DNA of 64,000 nucleotides from Iphione sp. A-MEVVRFRX5 (taxonomy: Eukaryota): contig OZ320313.1 in assembly GCA_976226885.1 (NCBI GenBank), positions 106,640,001-106,704,000 of the forward strand. Direction: 5' to 3'. The notes below the pieces were generated by a model. The model did not search any database, had not been told where the DNA came from, and was given only the letters and a program-made list of their open reading frames with translations. Position numbers and translations under genes: made by a program. Below are positions 10,522 through 23,637 of the stretch, in pieces. Every line of letters begins with the position of its first letter. The first letter of the stretch is position 1.

Positions 10522-12689
10522 CTACCTTATCTAAAACGACAGCAGGGAGTGGTACTGAAAGTAGATCTGTTACCTGATTCCTCCCTACTAGGTTTCTCAT
10601 TATTTATGTAATTTAAGTAAACGTTGCTTCCTCATCGTTCCTGTAATATAATATGTGGAAGTGTTTTACAGTAATGGACACTAGTAGATTTGTTTTGTCA
10701 GAAAAGGGAATATTAACCAAAATGGTGATATTCCTTTTACTATTTCTTCAGCTGGATGTAATAATAAGGCTCAACTTAGGGGTTGATAATATCATCAAGT
10801 GAGATGAATTCCCTATGCCCTCTAATTTAAGTTAAACAAGCGCCTTCAGCGCCTGCACTGGTCGATTAGGGTGTGTGTGTGTGTAGTGTTGGTGGGGGGG
10901 GGGGTGTCAGAGGCTAAAGTCCAGCATTTACAACCCTCGGTTCTGCTTGACTGGACACACAGAGGTGCAGGAATATATACATCTGAAAAAGTAGGGCCAT
11001 GCTTTTTGTGTGTTTTTCTTTATATCCTCTTTTAGTTTTATGACAGAAAATATATTCAGGCTTCTATGAATATAAAAAATAGTAACATTAACATAAGAAA
11101 TAATGGGAATTTTACCACTTGAAAGATGTCTCACACTGAGAGAGTTCATCCCCATGGGAGGACTACTGGTAGGGCCACATATGTCAGCCTCCATGGCCGG
11201 ACTACTTTCGGGCAACGTTTTATATAGGTAGTGTAACCACCAGGATAAGCGCCAAAGGCTCTTGTGGGTTACGTAAGTATACCTCCTTGTATCTTGTAAC
11301 AGCGTTACATCCGGACTCCCGTGTCTTTACAGTGCCTGTATATCCTCTATATCCCCAGCCTTACCACCAGCCATCCCAAACACCCAAACCTGTCCGACAG
11401 AGAGGGACATATGGTGCCTGTCAGTTCCCCGTAGCTTCTCGGCATTGATCAGCAAGACGGCGGAATGCGGAAGGAGTAGGAGTCTGGCTAGCGCGGGTGG
11501 TAGTGGGGTGGGGGGTGGAGAGGCCGGCGAGAGAGGCCAATACAAATAACTCAGGCGGCAAACAAAACAAGATGACATCCACATGCATGTGTGTGTGTGG
11601 GGGGGGGGGTGTAAGGCCCCCACCGTTTTTCGAGATTGACGTTACCTAACCATCCTCCACAGCCAGCCGAGATGTGCAAATTAGCAGTTCAGATTTAATC
11701 ACAGAAAGGAAAACTACGTATCTAAATACTTAAAATAGGGACATCTTGAAGTCACTGATGTGAATGTTCGGTAGACATCACCAGTGGCAAGAGAATGCCA
11801 GCGACAAGTGTGACACATACCACGTAGCGATATCGTCACTCGGGCGCACACAGGGGCATTCATTCTGAGATTTAGAACAGGAATTGTGCTTGGAAAATGC
11901 CTCCATATTACATCCAGTCCACTGTGGACTGGCTTGCAGTGTTCGAGGGGGCGGGTCGGGAAGCTGGATGTGGTGGTTGCGGTGATGCTGTAAACTAAAA
12001 CCCAAAACAAGACAGAACACAAATCCCTGCGATAAATATTCGTAAAAACATCTTCCACTCACCTCTGATGAATCAACGCCGCTTGCGTTTGCTCTTCGTG
12101 CTTGTTTTAATGATGGTTTGATTCGACTGGACGGTGTGGCGATCAGATCAGTTTTTAAGCTGCATTGTTTACACCGCCATGTTGTTTCCAGGCCCGGCAA
12201 CTCGGATATGCAATCAGCATCTATAGCGTGGTCCCGTCGCAGGCCGCTTGGGAGCAGCAACGGGCGATACTACTGGCGCCGCTATTCGTGGACTTCTGAA
12301 GACTGGTCTGCTCGCCCCGCCCCCCCCCCCCCCCATCTCAATCAGTGGTATGCTGTGTGATACGAGGCTATATAAAATCTGTCAATAGGCTCTGGAGCAA
12401 CCATGCATCAGGGCAAGGGTGCCAGTGCACCCTCCCTTAAAAGCAGAATGCAAACCTCTCGACCCATTGAATAGGGGAGTGGGAGAGGGGGTAGGGCCTG
12501 GGGAGGGAGCTTTTCTCTGGAATGAATTCCATTTTTTTTTCTTTTGGAGAGGGGGATGGAAGGAAAAGCAGGGGGAAAAGAGGGATCCATGGAGAGAGGG
12601 GTTAGGAAATTTTCTATTTTATTATTAATTTTTTTTTTTTTTTTTTTAAGGGAAGATGGGATGAAAAGCTCATTCAGGTAGGGTATTTT

Positions 12690-13790
12690 TCACTTTGTCA
12701 GGAAGTTCGGGGGAAGTGATAGTACAATGTCTCATGGGAGGCATGGTTTTGACCATGATAGTCTCATCTGGCACCGTGAGAATGGCATGGTCACCCAATA
12801 TAGGGTGTAATAGGCAGAGTATCCACCCATTCCTTATGGAAGTTCCAAAAGCCCCTATGGGCAGTGGGTATACCTACTGGGTTAACTTATGGTATTTTAG
12901 GTGTCTATATCTAGAGAGGTTTGCTGGCACTAATCTGTGGTGCCAAGAGCCCACTGGTGGAGTCCAGAGAGGTTGCAGCCCCTCTAGGGCCAAGGCTGAA
13001 AATAAACAAAATTTTTACGAGGCTAGGGCCCTGGGGAGGGGCAATGTATTCTCTGTATGGTCAGTCTCTGATGATATGGTGTTGAGGGCCAGGGGTGCCT
13101 GGGTACCTAGACAGTAGATCCAACGGTGTTCAATAAGGGGGCATAGGGATAGAGCCTGGGCACTCCCAGGATGGCTATGGATAAAGTCCAAAACATGAAC
13201 CTCAATATCCTGGATCCCCTGGTGTTATTCGGAGTTAAAGTGCATAGGGACAGAACCATGCTTGGAGATGTATAAACGACCAGTGGTGGTGCTTTTTATC
13301 CTCCCTGTTTTGTTGAGATGGGGGCAGTAGTGGTAAAGCTTGGTGCCGCATTTCCATAAAGATTTATTGTCTGCCCAATGTGGGATTGGACAAGGGGGGA
13401 GGGGGTGATGAGTGGGGTTGTGGTGGTCGGATGTTTGGTGTGGAGGACACACGTGACCAGGAGGGCTCCAGATGGGAGAGGGAGGTCCTCTATGAGGTGG
13501 AGTAGGTGAGACGTGTCCTTGAGATAGGAGGGTATGAGGGAGACCAAGGGTTTGAGGCTGAAGTCGAGAAGAGCGGAAATCCGTTCCATGGGGTAGCCAT
13601 TGCCTGAACCAATGGGTTGTCCCTTACACCCTTGTGGATCTTGGGAAGAGGGTAGAATTGGGCGGGGGGGGGGGTGGGAGGCATTGGTGGTCAAGAGGCG
13701 GGGCCTGGGGCCAGTGGGGTGCTGCAGAGAGGGTGGAGATGGGGGGGGGGGGATCTGGTGGCTCAGTGGCATTATGAACAGTGAAATAAA
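12690..13790 (-). mobile_element. Decayed Penelope-like retroelement fragment (partial RT, GIY-YIG C-terminus)
   Basis: Minus-strand fragments in several frames: FYPLPKIHK, ERISALLDFSLKPLVSLIPSYLKDTSHLL..LP..ALLVT (PLE-type RT), MHFNSE, EHRWIYCLGTQAPLALN (E..WI..L.T..P.GLN endonuclease tail). Frameshifted and internally deleted. Confidence 0.75.
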
Positions 13791-13845
13791 TGCTTTACAG
13801 GCTTCCCAGGTTTGAATCCGAACTGATTTTCATTTAATTTGCTAA

Positions 13846-14183
13846 GGCCTAAAAAAAAAGTTCTGTGTTTCCGGTAACAAGCTGAAAAAATATAGGGTCG
13901 GTAGGTCGGTGGCATATTTTTTTTTATTTCTCTTTTTTTCAATGTAAAAAAATGCTCCCATCAACAAATCAATCTGCAATATATGTTCTAATGGTTAGAT
14001 CTTAATGAAATACATACCAAATGAAAGCTTATATCATAAGGAAGACAATGGTGTATAATATGAGTCTCTATCTTTATTCATTGCTGAAATATTCATAAAA
14101 CAAGTATAAAATAAAAATTTACATTGACACCAAAATTAGGGTCGGTCGGGTTACCGGAAACACAGATATTTTTTGTTTAGGCC
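13846..14183. mobile_element. PIF/Harbinger-type MITE, copy 1
   Basis: TIRs GGCCTAAA...TGTGTTTCCGGTAAC; TAA duplication at 13843-13845 and 14184-14186. Confidence 0.85.
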
Positions 14184-15311
14184 TAACAGAACCAATGTAA
14201 TGTGATGAATAGCTCAATACCATTCTCGCTGATATCTCCCAGGCACTCGGAGAAAGAATGCGTTGCCTGTTATTTAAGGTGAAGGCACAACTATGGCTTC
14301 TTTCCCGTCTCCTCTGAAGAAGCCTGCCCATAGTGACTGGTTTAGGATTCCTACTACTTAAATGAGTTTACAAAGTTTGACTTTCCTTAATCTAGTGTTC
14401 TAACACTCGCGCCATGACGTTCTCTATAAAGAGCAGTGGAACAGGGCATGGGTCTCGGGACTCCAAAACATTCCATGATTGCCGAATTGTAAATATAGCA
14501 GTTATCTGTATATGGCAGTTAAGTTCAATTTCTGGTTTTTGTCCATAGGTTTAAGCTCTTAGCTTCAGGCCTATCAGGCCTCGACTTCAGGCTTACACCT
14601 ACGGGCAAAAACCAGAAACTGAACTTAACCGCTTCGATATAAGTATGGGTAAGTAAACCAGGTAATTGACGTCATATCAAGGGATGAGCTGTGCACAATC
14701 TAGTCATGCTTTGTAAATTGTGGTGCTAGGATACAGGATCATTGTGGAATTGGATTTTGATATGACATCACTTATAGTATCACTAGATGAATCATAGTCA
14801 AACTACCTAAACTTATTTAACTAGTAGGATTAATCATGTCATCAGTGATGTCATTCACGGGATGATTTGTACATTGCACCTATATCCCATCACCCAGGAA
14901 CTTGCTCAATCATCCAAAAAGAGTCACAAGTCCTTAGATAGCCTGAAGGCGAGGATAGGCAGGACATTGTCCTTTTCCTCCTAATGTGGAGGAGCAATGC
15001 AAGTCCCATGTTCCTGGGCTTGAGGCTCCAATGTCACCTACAAAGCGGGTGACTGCGACATTTTGCACTAGGAATGCTCAAACAACAGGGGCGAACGGGT
15101 CGGTAGTTTCCCAAGACAACTAAGAATCATTGTTTCGTACTGCAAATGGCGGTCTTATTGGCCTATTGGTTGCCCCAGCCAAGTGGTCACCGTGAAACAT
15201 ATAGACAATGTACAGAAATTCAATCCATTCTCTGTAAAAGTGGTCGCATTAGCCGAGTGACGCCCCCTGTGTAATATTGTAAAGAAATGTACTGGTAGCC
15301 CACGTAAATTA

Positions 15312-15644
15312 GGCCTAACCAAAGAATATCTGTTTCCGGTAACCCGACCGCCCCTGCTTTTTGTCCTACTAGAACATTTTATTTTATTATGTTTTTGTTA
15401 ATATCTTTGGCATGAATAATGACAGAGACATATGCTATATACCATTTTGCTCCTCAGATCATTAGCTTTCATTTGATATATGTTTCATTAAGATCTGAGT
15501 AATAAAACATATATTACTATATAGGCCTGCACAGGCCTATGTCACTTTAGGTGAAAATTAACATTGAAAAAAAATGAAAAAATAAAAAACGACCTACCGA
15601 CCCTCAATTTTTTAAGCATGTTACCGGAAACTTTTTTTGGGGCC
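15312..15644. mobile_element. PIF/Harbinger-type MITE, copy 2 (same family, inverted relative to copy 1)
   Basis: GGCC...TTTCCGGTAAC TIRs; TTA duplication at 15309-15311 and 15645-15647; internal sequence matches the reverse complement of copy 1. Confidence 0.85.
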
Positions 15645-15979
15645 TTAGGCAGTTTGAAATTCTCCAAAGCCATCTTGTATTTACCACAAATATTTCTTTA
15701 TAAATACATGTGTATGGTTTTAACATTTGTCGCAACAGCATTTTCTCGTATTTCAGAAAGTCCTTATTGATATTGGGTATCTTACATTTAAATAGCAAAA
15801 GATCCACGGTATTGAATTATTTGATTGGTGTCTATCCTGATTTACCACTTTAAAACGTCTATCTTCATGATTTTAATTCATCAATGCGACCAAACAACTG
15901 GATTAATAAAATGTCTAAGCCGATACGTACTGGTTTATATATATTTTTTATTTATTCATGTTCAAGCAACAGCGTCGGC

Positions 15980-16260
15980 GACCCAATCACTAATCATCAA
16001 AGGCAAGAACGTCGCAATCCGATGACGTCATCACGAGCGGATATGAAGCATACTTTGACGTCACCACAATAATCAATCCCCTTGCGGAACGTTCCCCAAT
16101 AGTGTAACAAGCTCTCTGACTGACTGCAACAGCAAACACGTGCGTACGTCTTAACACCACAAGCACGAGAGATGGGAACCCCGTGATTGGCTGGTTAATG
16201 TGTGACGTCATACCGCCACTGGCGACCTCTAGTAGTAGCACCTACCTAAACCTACGGTAA
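15980..16260. promoter_or_regulatory. CRE/CCAAT-rich promoter- or enhancer-like cluster
   Basis: Three perfect TGACGTCA sites (16023-16030, 16056-16063, 16203-16210) plus CCAAT/ATTGG boxes in a locally CpG-rich patch. Confidence 0.5.
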
Positions 16261-19200
16261 AGAGAACCATGTCCGCTGTCCAGAAAGTGGTTGGGCGAGG
16301 GCAGAAGTGGTCGGGGCAGTAAAGACGTGTAAAGGCTAACGTGTGCCGGCTGTGGGGCAGAGATGGTTTGTAAGTCTTGATGGGAAATAATGTAAGTCAG
16401 TAAGCTATATATACCGGTTGGTTGTACGACGTGTGATCAAATGTTCCCGCGACAGGGTTATATAGGGCCTACTGGCCAAACACATCATCATGTACAACTG
16501 ACAACAATAAGTAAGGTGAACTTATCAACACTCTGGAACTTGTGAAACATCAGAATGAGAACAAGGAGGGACAAAAAAAGGAGACCAAGAGGGCAGAAGA
16601 ATGGAAATAGCGAAATGTCGACTGATAAAAGGGAACGCCGGGGAGGGGGGAATTAGAGTGGAACTAGAAGAGAGAAGAAAGTGGACAAAAGGGAAAAGAG
16701 GGGAGAGGGAGGTAGGAATAAGAAAAAGCAGACACTAAAAAACGGAAAGGTTGTGACGGGTGAATACACAGATGGATGGGCAGACTGACAGATGAATCGG
16801 GACACAAATAGGGGCGGCCACCGACCTCTACTGAGAACAGCAGCAGCTTCCTGCATTCATGTTTACACTTAACCATGAACAGCAATGATACTTTGCATTG
16901 TTCCACCTTAAGAAGACTTACAAAACAACTATCTAAACAGGCATTACCACACCCCTACCTTTACTTGCAAGGTCTTCTCCTTTATAGTAAAAATATTATA
17001 ACTGACAACCAAGGCCAATGGTTGGATAACCACTGCCTATATATGTATTCGTGCTGGGTGTGTTCAGTGTATAAGAAGAAACTTAAAGAGAGGTGGGAGG
17101 ACAGGGCAATGAACTACAGTTAACTCTGTTCACAAGACTGTTAGAATTCTGCGGAACAACCGAGGGTTCCTTCAGGCAGCAAACCTCCGTTAGTGGATAT
17201 AATTACACAGCCAAGAACAGATACTTGTCGGTTTAATGGAAGATTTGTATAAAGTACTTTTGATTTCGGACACCTGCTTTTCGACATCATAAAGAAATCG
17301 TACCACTTCACATAGAGCCTCCTCGTCCACCAAATCTTCACCGGCAGTATTCAAGCCCACATACACTGGATGATACAATGTTTTGACTCCCAGGAGATTA
17401 CAACTTGAAGCGTCCCTCTGACAAGAAACCATGTATGCAAAAGGATGGTCATGGATGACTTCTCACTACACTGTCCACCTTGCTCAGTTTTGTCCCCTTC
17501 CCCGCCTCCCACCACCCCGGCATTCACTTGTTCTTTCTTTCATGTATTCACCCTTCATTAAGACAGTATGCAATACACATCTCACGCAAGTCTTCTGCTT
17601 AACAGTCCTAAGGAACCGTTCACCGTTCACAGATTTCAAACCTTTGATGCGACTGGATAGACAATTGCTATTATAAATCAGCAGGGTGAGAATCGCCAGT
17701 GTCTTGATGCTTGTTGTGGATAGTGGAATAGAACCAGAGGTACTAAACTGATTATATCTTACATATATAACTCATCATACTAAGAATGCAGAAACCATTC
17801 AACATACGAAAGAAACAGGTCTGGCACAAAACTTGAAAAAAATTATGAAAATAAACTTTCTTTTGCCCCACATACCTCTAGCAGCAGGGTTAAAACTTTA
17901 TATTTTTCTCTCAGTTTTCTTATGTAAATGTGAAAATCATATAAACTGCTTCGAGTAGTACTGTCATGAAGATGCCACATGCTCAGATTTTTTCTTTCCA
18001 TATAAAATTTGTACAGATTCTGATTTTTTTTCTTAACCATATTCACACTGGTACTTGCCCTGCTTCACACTTAACATGGCCCAGTATATAAGATACATAT
18101 ATTTAAAAAATATATGCATATATATACTAAACTGAATACATCCTAGAGGAATGATTCCTTTTAATATCAGATTCAACTCTCGCACTCTAGTAAGTATCTT
18201 TGAGCCTTTATGAAATATTCCTTTTGGGAAATATTCATGTCTATTTACATATGGAACAACTTTGGCAGTAAATTCTGATCACATTTCTCTACCTTATATT
18301 TTAACATGTTCTTACCTTGCATGACTATAAGAAAGGGGAAAACACTTGTAGCAACATGATAAAGTTATATATTCAGCAACTTCATTTGTCTACATTCGTA
18401 ATTTATCTAGAAATTAAAGTAATCAATATTGAAGAATGCAGCAAACCCTTGCTTATTTTTTTAAAAAGGCATGAAGAAAGGGAACTTTTTAAAAGAGAAA
18501 TGCATTGTGATTAATCCAGCCATTTCTCCGAGACCTATAATGCGGTATAAATTAATTCAGATTTAATTTTGTCGTTAAATCTCTTTCCAAAGGGAATCGT
18601 TGAAATCCCATGCAATGATTAAATGGTGTATTTAAAATTTATCATACGTCCAGGAATTTCTAAATCACATACATTAACACTGGAAAAAAAGACTTTTCAT
18701 GGTGATGATTATAACCTAGAAATATATTCAGCATACAAACTGATGTTTAAATATGCTTACTGGATTATAAGTGATTCAGTTTTCAAGAGTTTAATTTAAA
18801 ATCATAACTCAAGAGGCTGTTGTCTCAGCAAAATCTAACCCTTTCTGATACTCTGAACACATTTCCCCTTAGGCTTTCATGTAAAATTCTGGCGGATGAA
18901 TGGAAAAAGACGCAAAAGGACCTATAGATGAATATACTGTTATTTCAGACAGCTTCTTGACAGCGGGGTAATGACAGAATGACAGCAAAAACGTAGTTAT
19001 TCCCTTTGCTGCTGTAATATGGGAGTTACATATGAAGATCAATTCCGCCTGTAGTAGAAGCGATGCACAATGACGACAAGCTTTGTAGCCCATCTCTCTC
19101 TCTGATCATGCACACACACATGCCACAATCTTGAGAATATGTGACATGTCAAACAGTTAGAGGTGGGACCAAAGAAAGAGCTACATCACTGTGGTGCGTC

Positions 19201-20784
19201 ATCTCAGATTCAGTATGAACTGAAGTTAGAAAGATGTCGAATGGGGTTCGATGATGACAAAAGCCTTACAGTCACACACATGTAAGGCTAAGGCAGACAG
19301 ACAAATATATATGTGTGTTTGTGTGTGTATATATATATGTTTATACATACAATGTTAACACAAGAGTTGGACCTTCTTTGGTAAAGTTCACATTTTTTGG
19401 TGGGTGTTATAATACGCTATAAGTAGTGCTTGTTTACATACATACAGATTAAGTGAGTACAGAATGATCAGTCAGCAAGGTAAAAAAATTCACCCCTTCA
19501 CATCTGACTTAGAATAAAACTATAAATCGAACAAAAGATGAAAATATCTACATATCTGAATGTGACATTTATATATATAATATATATGTATTGACAAATG
19601 TCTTCACAGAAATCATGAATCTTTTATCATTGTTATTAATGCAATTATACCTCATCAAAATCAAGTGCATTTGTGACTTCATCCTGAGACGAGCCGAGAG
19701 AACAAATGGTGGGCTCCTAACACATTATTCCATATATCTGAGTATACAACTTCTAATATTCGCATTAACTTACACATTGTCAACTCTTTGTTACCAACGC
19801 TAAACGGGCTAAACCATTACATGATGAGAGGATCCTGCACTTTGAGGGTTCAAACCATTCAGATGGTGGATGCTCCAACACTGTGAGGGCTAAGACTGTT
19901 CACATGACATACGCTCCCACACTGAGGGTTTTCACACTGTTTGTCTAACGTAGGATCCTGCATTCAAAGTTGAGGGCTCAAAGAATACAGGACAAACTAA
20001 TATATTTTCTTCATATGTATCCTCCACTAAAGGGGTTATTGTGGTACGTTTTTGTAACCACCACAAGAAAATGTTAATATAGAGTGTTCAAACAAAATCT
20101 TCAGAATCATCCGAAAAATGTCTGAACAGAAATACACATGAGCTTTCCTGTGATCTCTGACAATGGCAACCCTAATACATGTACACCAAGGAAATTGTGT
20201 TAGATATACACTTGAATGGTCCACTGTAGTTAATGCAGGGAAATGATCTCATCGATAGGACAATGTCTTAGGAGTCCACTAAGTAGGAATGTTTCCTCCT
20301 TGTATGAATGTTGCTCCCATTCTACCGCCTAGGTAGTAGTTTATGTACACCTTTATATGAATGGGTTCTTTTTGTGCACTTACTGTTTTTCAGTCACAGA
20401 CTACTGGGGTGGGGATGAATGGATGTGGCGGTTGACAAAATGAATCAATGTCAAACACGACACATTCTGTTCAATACATTGGTACATTGCTGCTTCAGAA
20501 ACACACAACTGACAAGCACTCTGGCCTTGTCTGTAAATGGTGACATGCAGAGACCTTTTAACAACAAGGATTTGCAAGATCTAAAGAGATGGGTGTTACC
20601 AACCATACATAGCCTTTTTTGTCGTAGAAAGAAGCAAAGAAAAGTTCCGCAGACATATTTGGAAACGTAGGCGAAGGCCATTTGAAATTGAAAAATTTGT
20701 GAATGAACCCGCAATATAAGATTTTTACTCAAAAATAACATATGTCTATATTTCTGGTCAAATTCCTCTTTTTTTAAAAAACTT

Positions 20785-20790
20785 TTTATT
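20785..20790 (-). terminator. Candidate polyadenylation signal of aPKC
   Basis: AATAAA on the minus strand about 740 nt after the stop codon; more distal sites are possible. Confidence 0.35.
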
Positions 20791-21530
20791 TACACTGGAG
20801 TACGATCATACAAATAGTATCTAGTCCAGTATTTTCCATGACTTTTATACTTCAACACAAAATGCTTCCAAATTTCCTCTTTGTCATCAAAGCAAACCCT
20901 AAAAGTTGGTGTAAGGTCAGCTTTGCCATTCTTCCATTTACAGAACAATGCCTTCACTAAAGACAGCATGCAACGGATATGTGCTGATACCACCCAATAT
21001 GTTTGTTCTTGACTAGCTGAGGCCTCCGTTGTGTGTTATATATATGTACATGTATATCCCTGCTTTCTCACACACTGCTAGAAGCAAGATCTCTGTGCAG
21101 GCCTCGCACAACTACCTGCTCCTCTGCAACAGAATTCGAGACCTTTTGGTTAAGTACGTTACTTTTACCTTCCGGCTTACTCTTCAGCCTATTTCTTTCC
21201 ATAAATTATGTTGCCTTTTACTCTTGACAAGTTTGTCGTTTCGACTTTCATACCCAAGGCATTCGTATTGGTCCGTTAAGATAGCGTTTGTGAACAAATA
21301 GCACTTTGTATTTTTAGAGAAACACGTAGACACAGAGAGAAAAGGAAACGGATGCATACATGAAAATAAACCTCCCACATGCCAATATTGCTCCCAAATA
21401 CCAGGAGGCCAATATATATATACTGGTTCTGAGGTCATTCTGAGGCTTTCTCTTCCAGCAATACCACTGTAACAAAATGGCGACTGCCGTTCTCCGTCGT
21501 TCCTCCAGGTGGCAGGGTGAGTGTGGCTCC

Positions 21531-21618
21531 TCATACACAATCCTCCTGTGACATCAGCAGCGGGTTGACATACTCGAAGCCATCGAACTCTGACTGATCG
21601 ATCTTGCTGATAACTTTC
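21531..21618 (-). CDS. aPKC: aPKC last coding exon ([28 protein letters not shown])
   Basis: Hydrophobic motif F-D-G-F-E-Y with the aPKC-specific phosphomimetic Glu; C-terminal -EDCV PDZ-type ligand; AG acceptor at 21620-21619; TGA at 21533-21531. Confidence 0.96.
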
Positions 21619-21668
21619 CTGAAGTAGAGCAGAAACAAATAACCATTAATGTGATCTTATATATGCAG

Positions 21669-21817
21669 NNNNNNNNNNNNNNNNNNNNNNNNNNNNNNNN
21701 NNNNNNNNNNNNNNNNNNNNNNNNNNNNNNNNNNNNNNNNNNNNNNNNNNNNNNNNNNNNNNNNNNNNNNNNNNNNNNNNNNNNNNNNNNNNNNNNNNNN
21801 NNNNNNNNNNNNNNNNN
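21669..21817. other. Assembly gap (N run) in the last aPKC intron
   Basis: Run of N. Confidence 0.99.
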
Positions 21818-21908
21818 AGTTTTGAGAATTCAACATATCTTGCAGAACTAACCGACGTATAAATTTGACAGAGTGGTCAATTAAGACTAACTGCAAAGGA
21901 CAACATAC

Positions 21909-22114
21909 GGGTCATCGGGCGTGAGCTGCACCGGTTCGGTGGTGAACTGGGGGTCAAAGTGCTCGAGGTCTCTCTCAGAGCGCACTGTTGGCTTGTATGG
22001 TGGTGGAATCTGCTTCTCGTAAAGAAGGTCCCAGTCGATGGTGCGGAAGAATGGGTGAGACTGGATGTCTGCAAAACCTGTTTGCGGGTGGCATCCGAGC
22101 CGTTCCGCCGGGTT
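21909..22114 (-). CDS. aPKC: aPKC exon ([14 protein letters not shown]...[14 protein letters not shown]; turn motif)
   Basis: 206 bp, AG/GT boundaries, phase 0 to 2. Confidence 0.96.
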
Positions 22115-22984
22115 CTGTTCAAAGTAAATCGAAAATTAATATATATGTTGTAGTAAAGCAATCAAATCTCAAGGACAGTGACGTCAATTGGCTTTATTAC
22201 ACTGCCGACATCTCGGAAAGCAGAGTCAGCCACAAAATATCTGCATGAAATATTCCAGAAGTCAATATAAAACATATTTTTCAATGTGATAAACTACGTG
22301 TGAAAATACAAGCCGCTTTTTTTTCGTAGTTTTAGTTGCAGCAGTTTTACTGATTCCGTTGTTGTCACACTGACATTTATATGAGGCCATGACATGGACA
22401 ACAAGGAAGGGAACCTATGAGGTCTATTGTCCCCCACCAGCCATTCGATCAAGTGGAACTAATCAGTCCTGCCTAGGTTAACAGACTATGACATGGCATC
22501 ATGTCTTGAAATCTACAAACTCCCAGTGTGTATGTTAGTTTGTGTGTGCAGTGATATAATATAATTTGACCTTTGAATCACTAGAAATTACAGAAAAATA
22601 AACCTGTGTCAAGAGTCCATGTAGAGAAACTCCATAATTGAAAGTCAGAGCAATTGATACGATGAGCCGATCGCCAGGAATGGAAGAAACTGGTAGTGTG
22701 AATGTAATATTTATGAACTATGATGTCATGATGGGCATTGACCAATCAGATCACTTAAAATTGTGACAAATGTCGCAATTACGTAAAAGTGATGTGTGTG
22801 ATACCTGTTATTTCAAGCGCTGGCGATCTGTCCATAGTTTGGGAGTAGAAAGATCCACACTTGTGGAAGGTTGGGAGCTCAGATCATCAGTCCTAAGGTC
22901 CCCCACTTCTCTTGGAGGTGGGGGACAGTAATCGCTCAGCAAAGAGCCCAATAATGTCTTTCTAAGGACTCTGCTTATAATCTC

Positions 22985-23080
22985 AACAAGAGTGTGGACC
23001 TGTGAGGTCTATTGTGCCCCGCCATCAACTGCCCATAAAGATGGGGGGGGGGGGGAAGGGGAGAGAAAGAGAGAGAAAAT

Positions 23081-23114
<34 letters not shown>

Positions 23115-23585
23115 TGTCTCTCTCCTTATAACCACCTTGATTGGCAGCTTGTTTTGGGGGTAGTTGGCTAGACTTGTTTAAGTCCTTCAGATTTACAACT
23201 CTCGGTTCTGCCTGACTGGGCACAGCCCCCTCGGTTCTGCCTCACTGAGCACCAGACTGCTACAAACCTTTGGTTCTGCATGACTGAGCACTGAGTGTGT
23301 ATATATGTGCATTGTCAGATCTAGGAACCCCTGAACCAGGTATGTATGTTTGTAGGTGTGTTACGAAAAGAGTAAAATTGGCATAATTTCACCTTCAAAA
23401 TATTTGAATTACTACCAAAATTACCCAGTGCCATGGGGCCATATATACCAATATCATATATTAAAATCAGTTTTTTTGAGTGAAGGGTCTAAGACTTATA
23501 AGACCCATAAGAGTGCGACGGATGGTCGGGACACCAGCTGGCAGCATTCCTAATGTCCCCCCCTCTATGAGGCGGGGGACAATTA
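22985..23585 (+). mobile_element. Helentron-associated (HINE/DINE-1-like) non-autonomous element, copy 1
   Basis: Near-identical to 28819-29421. Sub-terminal inverted repeat ATTGT(G/C)CCCCGCC with a matching GGCGGGGGACAAT at the 3' end, 3' stem-loop, internal (GT)n and short tandem subrepeats. Confidence 0.7.
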
Positions 23586-23637
23586 AGGATTTCGGAAAAA
23601 GATGCCGCTAGCTCAGAGAAGAAAAGATTTGCCATAC

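Noticed and set aside
17190-17432. 80-aa minus-strand ORF with a plausible acceptor
   Set aside because: Coding-like composition but no recognisable homology or partner exons; may lie in an extended aPKC 3' UTR.
19830-19985. Four CCCTCA motifs in the presumed aPKC 3' UTR region
   Set aside because: Too short to separate from local micro-duplication; not a seed match for a conserved miRNA I can name.
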